NCBI GenBank assembly: GCA_035084275.1
Contig: CM068753.1
Span: 558,001 to 622,000 of the forward strand
DNA length: 64,000 nucleotides
From: Hydrolagus colliei
Lineage: Eukaryota
Reading direction: 5' to 3'
The stretch's first letter is position 1, and the number at the start of each line of letters is the position of its first letter. The notes beneath the pieces were generated by a model. It had not been told where the DNA came from and searched no databases. It worked only from the letters and a program-made list of their open reading frames with translations. Below, piece after piece: positions 1 to 11,726 of the stretch. Position numbers and translations under genes: made by a program.

Positions 1-62
1 AACATCTTAGCTAAGTACCCTTGGTGCGAGGTGAGCTGCGTCTCATCATTCATCGTGATTCA
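1..62 (-). CDS. Candidate first coding exon of an unidentified minus-strand gene (MNDETQLTSHQGYLAKM..., runs off the window)
   Basis: Minus strand has a pyrimidine-rich acceptor (ccattttagctttcag), then TGA-ATC-ACG-ATG (ATG at 53, A at -3, in-frame stop just upstream), open to position 1. Protein not recognised. Confidence 0.4.
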
Positions 63-2497
63 CTGAAAGCTAAAATGGATGAACATGTGAAACGACAAAG
101 ATGATGAAATTCAACCAGGCATTGGCAGGGCAACCCTTGGCCATATGTTATCAGCGCTGTAGGTAACTACATACGTAATCCCTCACTCCTAAACGTTTTG
201 TTTCTGCATATTGTTTTGATTTAAAAGGCTCTCACTGGCTCACCTCCCAAACAGCTCACAAAGTTGGCTGAGAATGCGAGCACAAACAGGTAACAGAACT
301 GCAGGAAGAAAATCTAGCCAGGATTCCCAATGGATGGCTGACAACTATAACACTGAGCCATTCAGATCTGAAGTTCAGAAATTTAATTCTGGTTCGGTGT
401 GCTTAGGTAACCTTACATTGGACACGAGTACAAGGCATCAGCAATTGGTCTCAATACACCTGGCTTGAGGTGGAAACAAATTGGAACTGCTTATCGCTAT
501 CTAGCAACTGTTGCTGGATATTGTGTGGGTTTGTGTGTATGATGGGAAGATAAGTGAGTTTTGCCAGCAATGCCAGGAATACAACAATTTTTTTTAAACA
601 AAAAATTGGCCATTTACTTCATGGCTGTTCTGGGACATTGCCGTGCGCACATTTGACTACAATTACACGGTCATTACACTTCATGGTAAAATCCTGTGAA
701 TCCCTTTGAGACATCCATTCAGGATGACGTGGTAAGGAGATATGTCAAATGCAAGGATTATTATTATTATACGCGTGATTGCAAGGACGTTGGGTGAGGG
801 CAGGATTGGGCTAAGCTGTGCAAACTCCTGAGCTTAACCATCCTCCCAGTAACGACAATGTATATGAAGTGAAGGACAAGTCTTGACTTGGCAAATGGAG
901 GAGGCCTGGTGCCTGTAGGATGTAAAGCAGCAGCAAACAGCGATTCCACGAGAGGACAGGCAGGGAAGAAACAACAACTTGTAGTTTATATAGCCACCCC
1001 TCGAGGCAGCTTTGCAAGGCAAGTCAACGTCATCATCCCCGGCAAGTCAATGCCTCACGACTTCCACGCTTCCGCACCATTCCCGCTTCACATCCGATCT
1101 CAAGCTCGCCTCACCTCGCGGATTTATCGCGTCACTCGAAGATTTAGAACGTGATGAACCGTGTGGGGGAAACATGAACACGGGGTTCAAGTATAAACGT
1201 TCCATTGGTAATAATGGGTTCTGCGGCTTCCCAGAGCTGGGCTAAGTGACTCTCAACAAAGCTAGTTGTTTACGTTTTGGAGCGATTCCAATGACATAAT
1301 TATATAATGATGCCCGAGATCCTCATGATTATAGCTAAATAAGTCCTGAGAGACGCTGTCTTGCACAATGCATTCACACTGCAGTCTCCCTATCCCTGCT
1401 AGAGTAACAGGGGCAGTAGATGGGAGTTTCCCAGCCTATAATTACTGATCAGCTACTTATACAATAAAACAGTCCTTTTCTGTTTAACTCTTTACGGGTC
1501 CAGAGAAATTTGTGAATCAGCCCGAGGAATTTACTGTGCGTCAATAATCAGCGAGATCCACCATAATTGGATGTTTTTAGTAACCGTAATGAAATAAAGC
1601 ACCAAAGGTAACTTTTCTTTTGATGCCAGTCAGTTCCCAGAGACCGGAGGTCCCCATCACAGAGGAATGAATTCATTCCGATATTCCATTGCAAAACATG
1701 TTCACCTAGGAGCCAGTCCAGGGATGCTATCCCTGTTTAGCTACAGCTGCACAAAAAATCATTTGACATTTGATAAGTCAGTGAAATACGTAACTTATCC
1801 TTATAATATTAATAATCATCCTTGCATTTGAGATAGCGCTTTTCACATCTTCTAAACGTCACAAAGCACTTCACAGAATCGACTGTAAAGTGAAATTGAC
1901 TGTACATATTGTCGGCGAAACGCGGCAGCCAACTGCACACAGCTTCCTCTTGAATAGCACAGATCTCTCTGTCTGCTTCTACCCTAGATTCCAGGAGCAA
2001 TCCTGATTGTTCTGATTGCCTGCCGGAAATGGTTCTCAATGACTTTTTAAGTTTCTACATCTAAATGTCAATAAGATCAAGAGTCTCCATCTTGACTCCT
2101 ACCAGTATCTTCTCGTCTCACAAGCTGACCACATGGACCTGGATGGATGCACAATTCATCTCACAGAGCTGGAGTGGAACCTTGTTCAACACCCAACTAT
2201 CTCTCAAACCCTACATCCAGGCTCTGTCTAGCTCAGGTTTCTCTCATCTCCCATCTCCATCATTAGCTCTCCACAGACACATCCTCCCACTATATAAGGT
2301 CATCTAAAAATATTAAGGTGTTGTAGTGATTTTGAACTGACTGATTAAATAAAAGCCTAAACGTAATTCGCTCAATCCTTCCAGCCTCACGTTAAGTGAA
2401 ATTCCATAACTGATGTTTCCCCTCAAGGATGAGCTGGACTTCATTAGGTTCCTGGGTTCAGCTTCACTTGGGGTCTCTCCCACTCCAAGTTTTAAAT

Positions 2498-2667
2498 AGT
2501 GTCAGAGTGGGTTATTGTGTCAGGGCAGGTAATAGTGTCAGGGAGTGAGTCTGTATCAGAGCTGGTGAGTGTGTCAGCCTGGTGAGTGTATCAGGACAGG
2601 TGAGTGTGTGTCATTGCTGGTGAGTGTGTCTGGGCTGGTGAGTGTGTCACAGCAGGTGATTGTGTCA
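2498..2667. repeat. About 18-bp minisatellite (core GGTGAGTGTGTCA)
   Basis: Roughly 9-10 degenerate tandem copies read directly. Confidence 0.75.
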
Positions 2668-3577
2668 ATACTGTACTTATCGAAAGTGTTAAGCGTAGTT
2701 CTGGTCTCAGTGATGGCAATAGAAAACAATATTTTTCAATAAAATTCAGCGTCAGGTTACTCTGTGATCTCTGGTGTGTCACTGTGTAAGCACGGAACAG
2801 TGGGAATCTGTGTGGTTTTGAGGGCTCAAAGCCAGAAACCCAAACTCTTGCTGTTCTCTTCTTCACATTTAATTTCAGCTCACTCACAAAAGGAGCCTCT
2901 GTGCCTTTGGGACAATGCAAACCTTTGCTGGGAATGACTTAACAAGCTTGAAGCCTGATGGAATGTCACTTAAGCCTGTTCAGAAACATTATGGGGTGCT
3001 TTGATAATAACGAGACATTCCAGTCCCCAGGTTGGTTTCAAGTTCTTTATTAGCCTGTGTTAAAAGAGTGAACTTCAAGAGAAAAGTTAATTGAACATAG
3101 CTCCTATACAGACGGCTAAACACACATGCACACAGATTAATTCACGTCTGATGTTTTATATCATAATCCATTTACCTGGCACTATGCAGAAGATGGCTCT
3201 TATACAGAAAGGTCAACCACTGACAATGTTTTTGAACCAAAACACACAGCCTGATAAGAGACACTTGACAGGTAACAAAAGAATTAACAAATGAACCAAC
3301 ATGACAGTGATTGTCCCTTGCTCCTGGGCTGGGCTACAGAAGATCTCTGGATTCTACTTGGAAAGATCTGGTTTGAAACAGCAACTTTCAACTGAAACCA
3401 AATTGAAAACACCCTGTTTTTTCCCTCCCAATCTTCAGGAAGAATGCTGGATGGGAAACAAATCTATGTTTTTTTTGGTTGGGATAGGGGGGCGGGGGGG
3501 GTGTTGATGGAGGTTTGCATTCTACAAAAAGCGGTGTGGATTGAAGTGATCAATTTGTTTTTGAGGGATTACTAGTG

Positions 3578-3666
3578 GAGTAAGGAAACTTGCCCAAGGT
3601 TTTGCCCTGGCCTGCTGGGAATTGAACCCAGGTCTCTCACTCTAACCACTGAGCTACAGGACTCCA
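3578..3666 (-). mobile_element. tRNA-derived SINE, 5' part
   Basis: Reverse complement of GGAGTCCTGTAGCTCAGTGGTTAGAG...GGGCAAGTTTCCTTACTCCAC. Confidence 0.8.
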
Positions 3667-6611
3667 GGACTTACTAATGTCGCTTCTTCAAAAAAAAATC
3701 TCTGAGGTTAGTCAAACCAGAACTACCCTTTCTGAACACATGTTCAGATGGACAATCACACTCGGATATGATGGAGCTGTGTGCCAATGCCCACTGTATG
3801 CACTCACACATGGCAAGGTTCCATGGTATGGCTACACACATCACTGTCAGGGAGGAAGTGGGGAGAAGATTGGGCAACAAAAAGAATTTCAGTGAATTGT
3901 ATGGGTGTTCTCAGCACAGCTGGCTGCTTTCAGTGGTGCAGAACAAGAAAGATGTGAAGCTCAGCTACTGGAGAGATCAGGCTGCCAGCACTCAACTGCA
4001 AGTTGTTGGCCAATAAAATGTGACCTACACAAACTCTCCCATCAGCGTTTGGTCCTTGGAACCAAGCAATCTCCAGAATAACACAAGGCAAAGATTAGCA
4101 GCTGGACAGCAGGATCAAGGGTTCCTTCACATATTCAGATCTCTCTTCTTTTCACTGCCGATCCTGCTGTAACTGGCAATGGCTTTTGAGGAAGCAGTTT
4201 TGAACAGGGACGTAGCTGCCTTGCGGGGACTGGGCAGATGCTAAGCCTTTTTGAAGCTTAATATCCAGTCACTGAATAGAAATGCATGACTCAAACGAGC
4301 TGCATAAAACTAGCATCATTTCAGAAATCACTTGTGAGGGAATAAAGCCTCACAATGTGCTTACACCCTGGGTGTGAGCCCTGTTAGGAATTACAGTTTT
4401 GTCATTTTCTATTTGCATATAGATAGACATCTAAATTACAGAATTTCTCAAGAAATGGCCTTTCCCATTTGGGCTGATTTCCCAACCACTCTGTGTTGTC
4501 ATTTATTTCACTTATTTGAATCTATGACCTCAGTTGATTAGTACGGAAGTTACTTTCTTCCCTGTGTGTGTGTAAAAAGGTCCTGTGTATACCAGCCTCA
4601 ACAGTATTGTCCATCAACCCTCCATATCATGGCATCTGTTTTTACTGCTTCATAAAAATACAAAATAAACTAAAAGCAATCCAAATTACATTAAAATCTG
4701 GAATAAAACTAAAAAATGCTGAAATCGAAAGGCGTTAAGACTGTCTGCAAACTCCTGGAGGGGAAATAAGTTGAAGGGAGGGAGAAAATTCCAATGTGCC
4801 TCTTAGGGATATCACGGCACAAAGCTAAATGAGATTTCATTTCTCTTTGGAACCAAAAGGAGACTAAAGCGCCCTCTGGTGCACTGACACTTACAGATCA
4901 GTTGCCAACACTAGATTTTGTCTGGCAAGCACCTAAGCGGTAAAACTGGGCGCTGTAAAAAAATAGGTCAAGAGTGAAGACAGTCAGTGGAAAGCTCTGC
5001 GATCAGGCTATCCTCAGGTGTATCAGAGATACAAGCCTCACATTCTAAAATAGTCAATTGTCTACGTTAAACTGTTGGTCTGACCGTGTGTTGATGTTTG
5101 CGCGATGCCGCTGTGGGCAACTGCTGGCGGCATTTCGCTCATGACATACAGTCAATCACTGTATAATATATCTGATGAAATGCTTTGAGGTGCCTCAACC
5201 ACATGATATGTCGGTGCAGCAAGTGCAAGGATTATTATTAATGCGTAGAGATCAGGGAAGAGGAACCCTTGCTGACTTTTTCTCTTCCTAATCAGCCCCA
5301 GGTGCAATGAGGCCAATGGCAGCCTCTCTGCCAGACAAGGAGCTCATCCAGGGGATCAAACCTGAGATTAGCAGGTCTGCTTGACTACTTCTGCGCAAGT
5401 CACCTCCTTCGCCTGCTAGATTACATACCGGGTGAGGAATGCTCTCCCACATTACTGAGAGGGTCAGGATTCAAAACAAATACTGAAGGTTAAATGCTCC
5501 ACTTGGACTGCCTGCAAGATAAACAAGATAATTCAGGGCAAGATTTATACTTCCCTCAATCTGTTATTTCACCCACCTCCACCCCCAGCTACCTCAACAC
5601 CAAACACAATCCAAAAATATGTTGCTGACCCAGTTGGACAAGGAAAAGTATTATCTGATCAGTACTGTACAGTAGTAGGGGAATCCCAAAAGCTGAATGC
5701 TTGGTGTGGTTTTACTTGCAATGCTCTTCGTTCACAACTAGATGGTGCCCATTGATCAGTTTGGGGCTCGGCTAAATTTTGCCCCGATCCAGGAAAACCT
5801 CAAGTGCTTTCAAAGATTCAAGTGCAAGATCACAATGAAGGGCATTTAAAGTTCATCCCATCTCATCCTTCCAGAACATTCACTCTATTTTTTCCCCGCC
5901 CGCCCACCCTATCCAGTCCCCCCACCATCACTGCATCAAGCATTTAAATTAAATTAGTCCAATGTCCTAAGAATTCTTCTAGTTTTGATCTGTTTTACTT
6001 TTTCAATCCCATTAAAAAAATTTACACACCTCTATATCATAAGATAAATCCTTGCCTTTGATGCAGCCCTTTTCATATCTTTCAGACGTCTCAAAGCTTC
6101 TGAAGGCAAAGATCAAATCGTTGCTCATAGTTTCACGGAGGCTCCGGGCGAGCATTGCGGCCTGTATCAGTTATTAAACTTTATTGAAGTACAGTATTAT
6201 GCATAACAAATACAGAAGAGTCAATCCTCGTCGTCCGTATGTAATGTGTAATATCCTGTGAAGCGCTTTGATGGCTCCTGTATTTATTTGTAAGATATTG
6301 TCGGATGCAGATTGGCAGCTACGTTCCCCTACAAATCAGGCATTGTAGTGTATCCTGTACAGTACCTTGATACATCCTCCCGATGCGAAAAGCGCCGTGA
6401 GACATCTCAATGACATGATAAGGTACTGGGTCAAAATGCAAGGTTTATTATTACTGATATTATTCAACAAGGTGATCAAATTAAAGTCGAAAACAAAGGC
6501 AGTGAGAATAATGATAATAATCCTTGCATTTGATTCAGCATCTTCTCACGTCTTCGAGACATCTCACAGGATACACTGTAAAGTGAATTGACCGAATATT
6601 CAATACACTAG

Positions 6612-6680
6612 GGAGTCCTGTAGCTCAGTGGTTAGAGCGTCTGCCTCGCAAGCGAGAGACATGGGTTCCGTTCCGGGCAG
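6612..6680 (+). mobile_element. SINE tRNA-like head only, running into a polypurine tract
   Basis: GGAGTCCTGTAGCTCAGTGGTTAGAGCG...GGTTCCGTTCC with A and B boxes; SINE body absent. Confidence 0.75.
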
Positions 6681-7270
6681 TGGGGAGAGGATTGGGGGGG
6701 TGGGGGGAGGGGGGGGGGTGGGGGGAGGGGGGGGGTGGGGGGGGGGGGAGAGAGAGGGAGGCAGGGGGGAGAGAGAGGGAGGCAGGGGGGAGAGAGAGGG
6801 GGGGAGGCAGGGGGGAGAGAGAGGGGGGGAGGCAGGGGGGAGGGGGGGAAAGAGAGTGGGGGGGGAAAGAGAGGGGGAGGGGGGGAAAGAGAGGGGGGGG
6901 AGGGAGTGGGGAGCGAGAGTGGGGGGGGAGAGAGGGGGGGGAGGGGGGGAAAGAGAGGGGGAGGGGGGAAAGAGAGGGGGGGAGGGAGAGGGAGAGGGGG
7001 GGAGAGAGGGGGGAGGGAGAGGGGGGAGGGAGAGGGAGAGGGGGAGGGAGGGAGAGAGGGGGGAGGGAGAGGGGGAGGGAGGGAGAGAGGGGGGGAGGGA
7101 GAGGGGGAGGGGGGGAGGGAGAGGGGGAGGGGGGGAGAGGGGGAGGGGGGGGGAGGGAGAGGGGGAGGGGGGGGAGAGGGGGAGGGGGGGAGAGGGGGAG
7201 GGGGGGGAGAGGGGGGGGGAGAGGGGGGGGGAGAGAGGGGGGAGGGGGGAGAGAGGGGGGGGGGGGGGGG
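6681..7270. repeat. About 590-bp G/A polypurine low-complexity tract
   Basis: Almost only G runs interrupted by AGAG; source of the spurious Pro-rich and Gly/Glu/Arg-rich ORFs. Confidence 0.95.
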
Positions 7271-7489
7271 TAACCGGCTGTGGCCGCCACCTCACTAAGT
7301 GGCTGAAGGGGGGTGGGGGGGGGGCAGTTGATTGGCTGCCTGTATAACAAGGGCCTTTGTTGCCGCTGAGGCGAGAGATGGGCAGTTGTGTAGATATATA
7401 TACACACACGCTCACACACACTCACACACACAGAGAGAGAGGGAGATAAAGTGACCAATCAATCCTGAACAAACCCAGCTCTCTCCCCT

Positions 7490-7790
7490 CCCTCTCTCCT
7501 CGCGGTGCTGGACTATGAAGGCTCAGTTTGTGAAGGTGTTGACCCGTTACGGTAAACCGGCTCCTCTTTCATTAACGCCATCTTGGGAGAGGGGGCGACC
7601 GTTGACGCTCCGCGTGCGTGCGTGTGCGTGCTCGCTCGCGTGTGACGTCAACGCGTGAGCTGGCGACGTCAATCGTTCATCACAAACCTTTGTCTCTCTG
7701 TTCAAACCCATCACCCACGTGATTGATTGATTGATTGATTGGGCGGCTTCACGCCCAATTTGGGCGTTTTGTTCTTGTTCTTGTGTGGAT
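7490..7790. promoter_or_regulatory. CpG-island promoter, probably minus-strand and possibly bidirectional
   Basis: CpG-dense. YY1-type CAAGATGGCG on minus strand (7576-7585), full CRE TGACGTCA (7643-7650), second CRE-like site (7664-7671), E-box CACGTG (7716-7721), CCAAT boxes (about 7738-7760). Confidence 0.7.
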
Positions 7791-9461
7791 GAAGATTGGG
7801 GGTGTGGAAGGGGCTTTTGGGCTACTTCCCCCCCCACCCCCCCATCCCTGAAGACCTTCCAAATCCCATTTCATTCCTGAAGAGTTTTCTCTTAACACAG
7901 TTTTAAATGTACTCCCAAACATTAATTGGTCCCTCTACTCATCACCCACATCAGGCTATGTGGGGCTACTTTCTGGGATAGTCCTTGGTAGATTTTAGAC
8001 TACAAATGTATTTTAATTCCTACAAACCCTACCAACCTCCCCCCCCCCCCCCCCCCCACTCCCCGTACCCAACCTTCAATGTTCCCCTACAAATTAGTCA
8101 TTATTCTTTCCAGAATATCTAATGCATCCTTTTGATGTGGTAGGTGCTATAAACAACGCAAGAATTAGGATTATTAATCTTTGCCTGATTGACCAGAGTC
8201 TGACAGAGGCAGCAGTGTTTGAGGGGATACCTAAAGGTTTTGTATGTATGATGATATGGTATTGCATGCACACAATAGAGTATTGTAAGAGTATTGTAAA
8301 ATGTAAAATCACAGTTACCAAGCATTTAGGTGATTATGAGCAATAACGGGCTCAGTCACTGATGAATTGAGTTGAGGCTTTTCATTATGGCTAACCCACG
8401 AAGGTAGGAGTGCATCCCTATTGTTTAAAACTGGATTAGAGTACTGAGCCGTGCCATTCTATTAACATTAAACTGACGGCACTAACTTAATAATAATTTT
8501 CAAAGCTCTGGACTTGACCTGAATAGCTTGCAGCTGTGCAACCTCTGGTGATACCAAATCACTAATCTAAGGTAGTGTTCAGAATGTGACCTATTGCAAT
8601 GGCTTGACCTGGAACTCTTGTGTAATGGTGTTCATGCACAGGGCATTGTGTAGGTGGGTCTGCTTATCTAATAGGGAAGAGCTGACTTGCTTGTTTTGTT
8701 TGAATTATTATTATGTGCCTGAAGGCACTGACTCGCAGTGAAGAATGTACAGAACTGTCTGGAAAAGGCTGTTTCAGTTCATCTGACCAGAGTCATAGTA
8801 AGTTTCTTTATCGTAGCATCAACTGCCCTCTGGTACCCTGCTCTAATGGGTACTCTTCATGTGTCAACCTAACTAGATCACTATTTTCAGTAAGCTATTC
8901 CACACTCAAAATGATGTTAATCAAGCAGCCAATCAACAGAAACAATAACAACAAACACAAAATGACACTTGTATAGCGCCTTTCACGTCAGGAGGACGTC
9001 CCAAGGAGCTGGACAGTCATTGTTTCAGGCACGGGCTGGGGTCGGGGACGGCGAGGGTGGAGGGAAAGGGGAAGATTTGGGGTGACCGATGGGACCGTCA
9101 ACCACAAACATGTTGCAAAGAGTTGCCATGATTTTAACTGGATGTTTCGGTACATATAAACAGTTATTCACTGAACATAATCTCCTGGTTAGTAATGCCT
9201 ACAATGAACTGAGTTTGTTCTTTAATTGGTGAACATCCCCCACTGTCCTGATCCCAACCACCAACTAGGGTGCGCATCCCTGACGTCCAGCATCTTGGGA
9301 CGTCCTCCTGGTTTGTGGGTGTATTCATTGTATATCTATCTCTAGGTTGGCTACTCAAGTAAAGCATTGCAGTCCACCAAAACTGAGTTTGACCTTAATC
9401 TCTGTTTTTGTTTTTCACAAGGTTTGCATCCAACCCTAACTGCTTCTTATTAAATCCTTAG

Positions 9462-9600
9462 CTCCCAGGGGCTCTATTGATGGTCAGAGCTCTGATATTA
9501 CCGCTCTGTTTCGCTCCAACTCGCCGTCTGCGGAGAAGGGCAGGAAGAAAGGGAAAAAGAAAGTTGACAAATCTGCGATTGGAACACCAGCTGACTTTCA
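9462..9600 (+). CDS. WASP-family gene exon: basic region and first half of CRIB
   Basis: ctaac branch point, ccttag acceptor, CA/gtaaga donor. Reads PRGSIDGQSSDITALFRSNSPSAEKGRKKGKKKVDKSAIGTPADFQ versus N-WASP KKKRLTKADIGTPSNFQ. The 5' boundary is uncertain: a second AG at 9421 is out of frame. Confidence 0.8.
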
Positions 9601-10025
9601 GTAAGACCAATTAACTTTAATTCCCTAATTACACAATCTCCAATGAGGGGGGGGGTGTGTGTGGTTAGAAGCAATGCGGTGACAGGCATGCCACAAGCTG
9701 TGGCATTTGGTCTGGGTGGCTAGTGCTGTTTTAAATGAGGATGAACTTTAACTTGCTCTAAACTTGATCCTTCCAGAACATCAATCCTACCATCTTCCCA
9801 TTTAGCTGCTCATGGTCATGAGTGTTAGATGTTGATTGCCCTCTGTGTGAAGAAATAGTTTTTTTTTGGTCCATCTGAAATGTTTCATTCACAACTCTAT
9901 GAACCTGTGCTCATTTGGTGTATTGATTTATTCAACATGAAGAGGAATTGATTGTGAATATATGTACAAACTCTGCTCATATAGCCTGTCCATGGATGTA
10001 ATCTAACTATATTTTTCTTTCTTAG

Positions 10026-10068
10026 GCACCGTGGTCATGTGGTGTGGGACCGAGAAAAAGGATTTGAT
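10026..10068 (+). CDS. WASP-family gene exon: second half of CRIB
   Basis: 43-bp exon ttag/.../gtaaga, HRGHVVWDREKGFD (N-WASP HIGHVGWDPNTGFD); same size and phase as I recall for human WAS exon 8. Confidence 0.9.
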
Positions 10069-10335
10069 GTAAGACCCTGAGCAGTTAATACTATATTAAT
10101 TGAATAATGTTAGACACAGGATCTACTTTCTTTGTATACAGTAATGCGACATTGAGCAGAATGTTATGAATTGTCTAGTTGAGAATACCACAAAGAAAAC
10201 AATGTACAGTATTGAATGTAGTTACAGGCTAAGGGCTGCTGTTAACACCCTAGTCTGGGTTCTGATGCCTCTTATGGAAAGTTTCCTTGCAAGAATGGGC
10301 TTGTGACTTTGTTTTTCAATATTTGGTATTTTTAG

Positions 10336-10489
10336 CTTAATAATCTGGATCCCGAGTTGGCAAAACTCTTCACTCAAGCTGGTATCAATAAGTCCCATTT
10401 GAAGGATAAAGATACAGCTAAGATGATCTTCAATGTTCTCGAGAATAATGGAGAAATAAGCCCTGTGCAGAAAGATGCCAAGCAGAAAG
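10336..10489 (+). CDS. WASP-family gene exon: GBD autoinhibitory helices
   Basis: 154-bp exon, [51 protein letters not shown] (N-WASP [40 protein letters not shown]); phase-1 donor G/gtaaag. Confidence 0.9.
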
Positions 10490-10605
10490 GTAAAGAAACA
10501 CTTTGTACTGACGCATACTGTGGCGTATCCAAGACCTAAATGACCCAATGGCCACAACAATCAAATGCATTCAATGGAAAATCATTTTATTCCTCGCTGT
10601 TTGCA

Positions 10606-11221
10606 AACAACAACAACAAATTACATTTATAGAGCGCCTTTCACGTCGGTAGGACGTCCCAAGGCACTGTACAGGAGGCGTGTGACCTGAGCTGGGAGGG
10701 GAGTGTTTGGGAAGGGGTGAAACACGAAGGGGAGGTAAAAAAGTTCGGGGTGAAACAAATGGCATGATCAAAGAGGAAAGTCTTCAAACCGGCCTTGAAA
10801 GAGGAAAGGGAAGAGACGAAACGGAGGGATTGAGGGATGGCATTCCATAGGGTGGGAGCGGAGAAACTGAAGGCCCGGCCTCCGATGGTGGGGCGGTTCG
10901 GGCGGGGGGCTTGGAGCAGGCCAAGTCCTGTTGAACGGAGGGTCCGGGTGGGCGTGTAGGGGGAGAGTAGATCGGTTAGATAGGGTGGGGCAAGGCCGTG
11001 TAAGGCCTTGTAGGTGAGGACGAGGATCTTGAACTCGATCCTCTGGAGGATGGGGAGCCAATGGAGACGGGCGAGGGTGGGGGTTATGTCGTTGCGGAGG
11101 CGGGTGCGGGATAGTACATGGGCTGCAGAGTTTTGGATGGCCTGCAGCCTGTGAATGGAGGAACTGGGGAGGCCGACGAGGAGAGAATTTCCATAGTCCA
11201 GCCGTGAGGTGATGTATGCAT
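10606..11221 (-). mobile_element. L2-clade LINE, 5'-truncated young copy
   Basis: Open ORF2 C-terminus (SRLDYGNSLLVGLP...LHWLPILQRIEFKIL...GGRAFSFSAPTLWN), 3' stem-loop GGGACGTCCT..GACGTGAAAGGCGC and (TTG)n tail. Confidence 0.92.
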
Positions 11222-11346
11222 GCATAGAATTCCAAAGAAACAAATCTGTGCTTTGTTGCAGTTAATATTCTCGCCTCGACCACTGCTTCAGGGCGAATGT
11301 GTTCATGGCATTATCAATTGATTTTATTGGAATGAAAATACCAGTT

Positions 11347-11630
11347 AACAACAACAACAAAATTGCATTTGTATAGCGCCTTTCACGTTGGGAGGACGTC
11401 CCAAGGCGCTGGACAGTAGGTGTTTCAGACCCAAGCTGGGGTTGGAATCGGGGAAGGGTGGGAAAGACGGGGGTGACTGATGGCACTGTCGAAGAGGAGG
11501 GTCTTGAGGTGGGACTTGAAGGAGGCAAGGGAGGAGGTGAGGTGGAGGGATTGCGGGATGGAATTCCAGTGGTTGAGGGAAGAGTGGCTGAAGGCTCGCT
11601 GGTCGATGAGTAAACAGCGGGAGGAAAACA
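11347..11630 (-). mobile_element. L2 3' fragment
   Basis: Same 3' end and (TTG)n tail; SLASFKSHLKTLLF motif. Confidence 0.8.
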
Positions 11631-11726
11631 TAACAGCAGGTTTTTTTTTCCAACGCCTTGGGACGTCCTAGTGACATGAAAGGCACTGTAGAAGTGTCTT
11701 TTTTTTATTTTCCTTTTCAATTCTAG

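Noticed and set aside
780-930. Ancient LF-SINE-like relics (also about 5250-5400, 23180-23400, 31100-31330)
   Set aside because: Resemblance is from memory and too degenerate to delimit without a profile search.
2879-3003. TFAG motif after a good acceptor, resembling WH1 FHTFAGD
   Set aside because: Only four residues match, no LLWEQELY context, no donor at the expected site; probably chance.
3931-4016. SVVQ...W stretch resembling the WH1 start (SAVVQLY...W)
   Set aside because: Similarity too weak and the frame ends in a stop without a donor.
6600-7458. 200-280 aa Pro-rich and Gly/Glu/Arg-rich ORFs
   Set aside because: Open in nearly all frames because the G/A tract lacks stop codons; no domain content.
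10641-11243. 200-aa ORF as a host gene
   Set aside because: It is the L2 ORF2 C-terminus.
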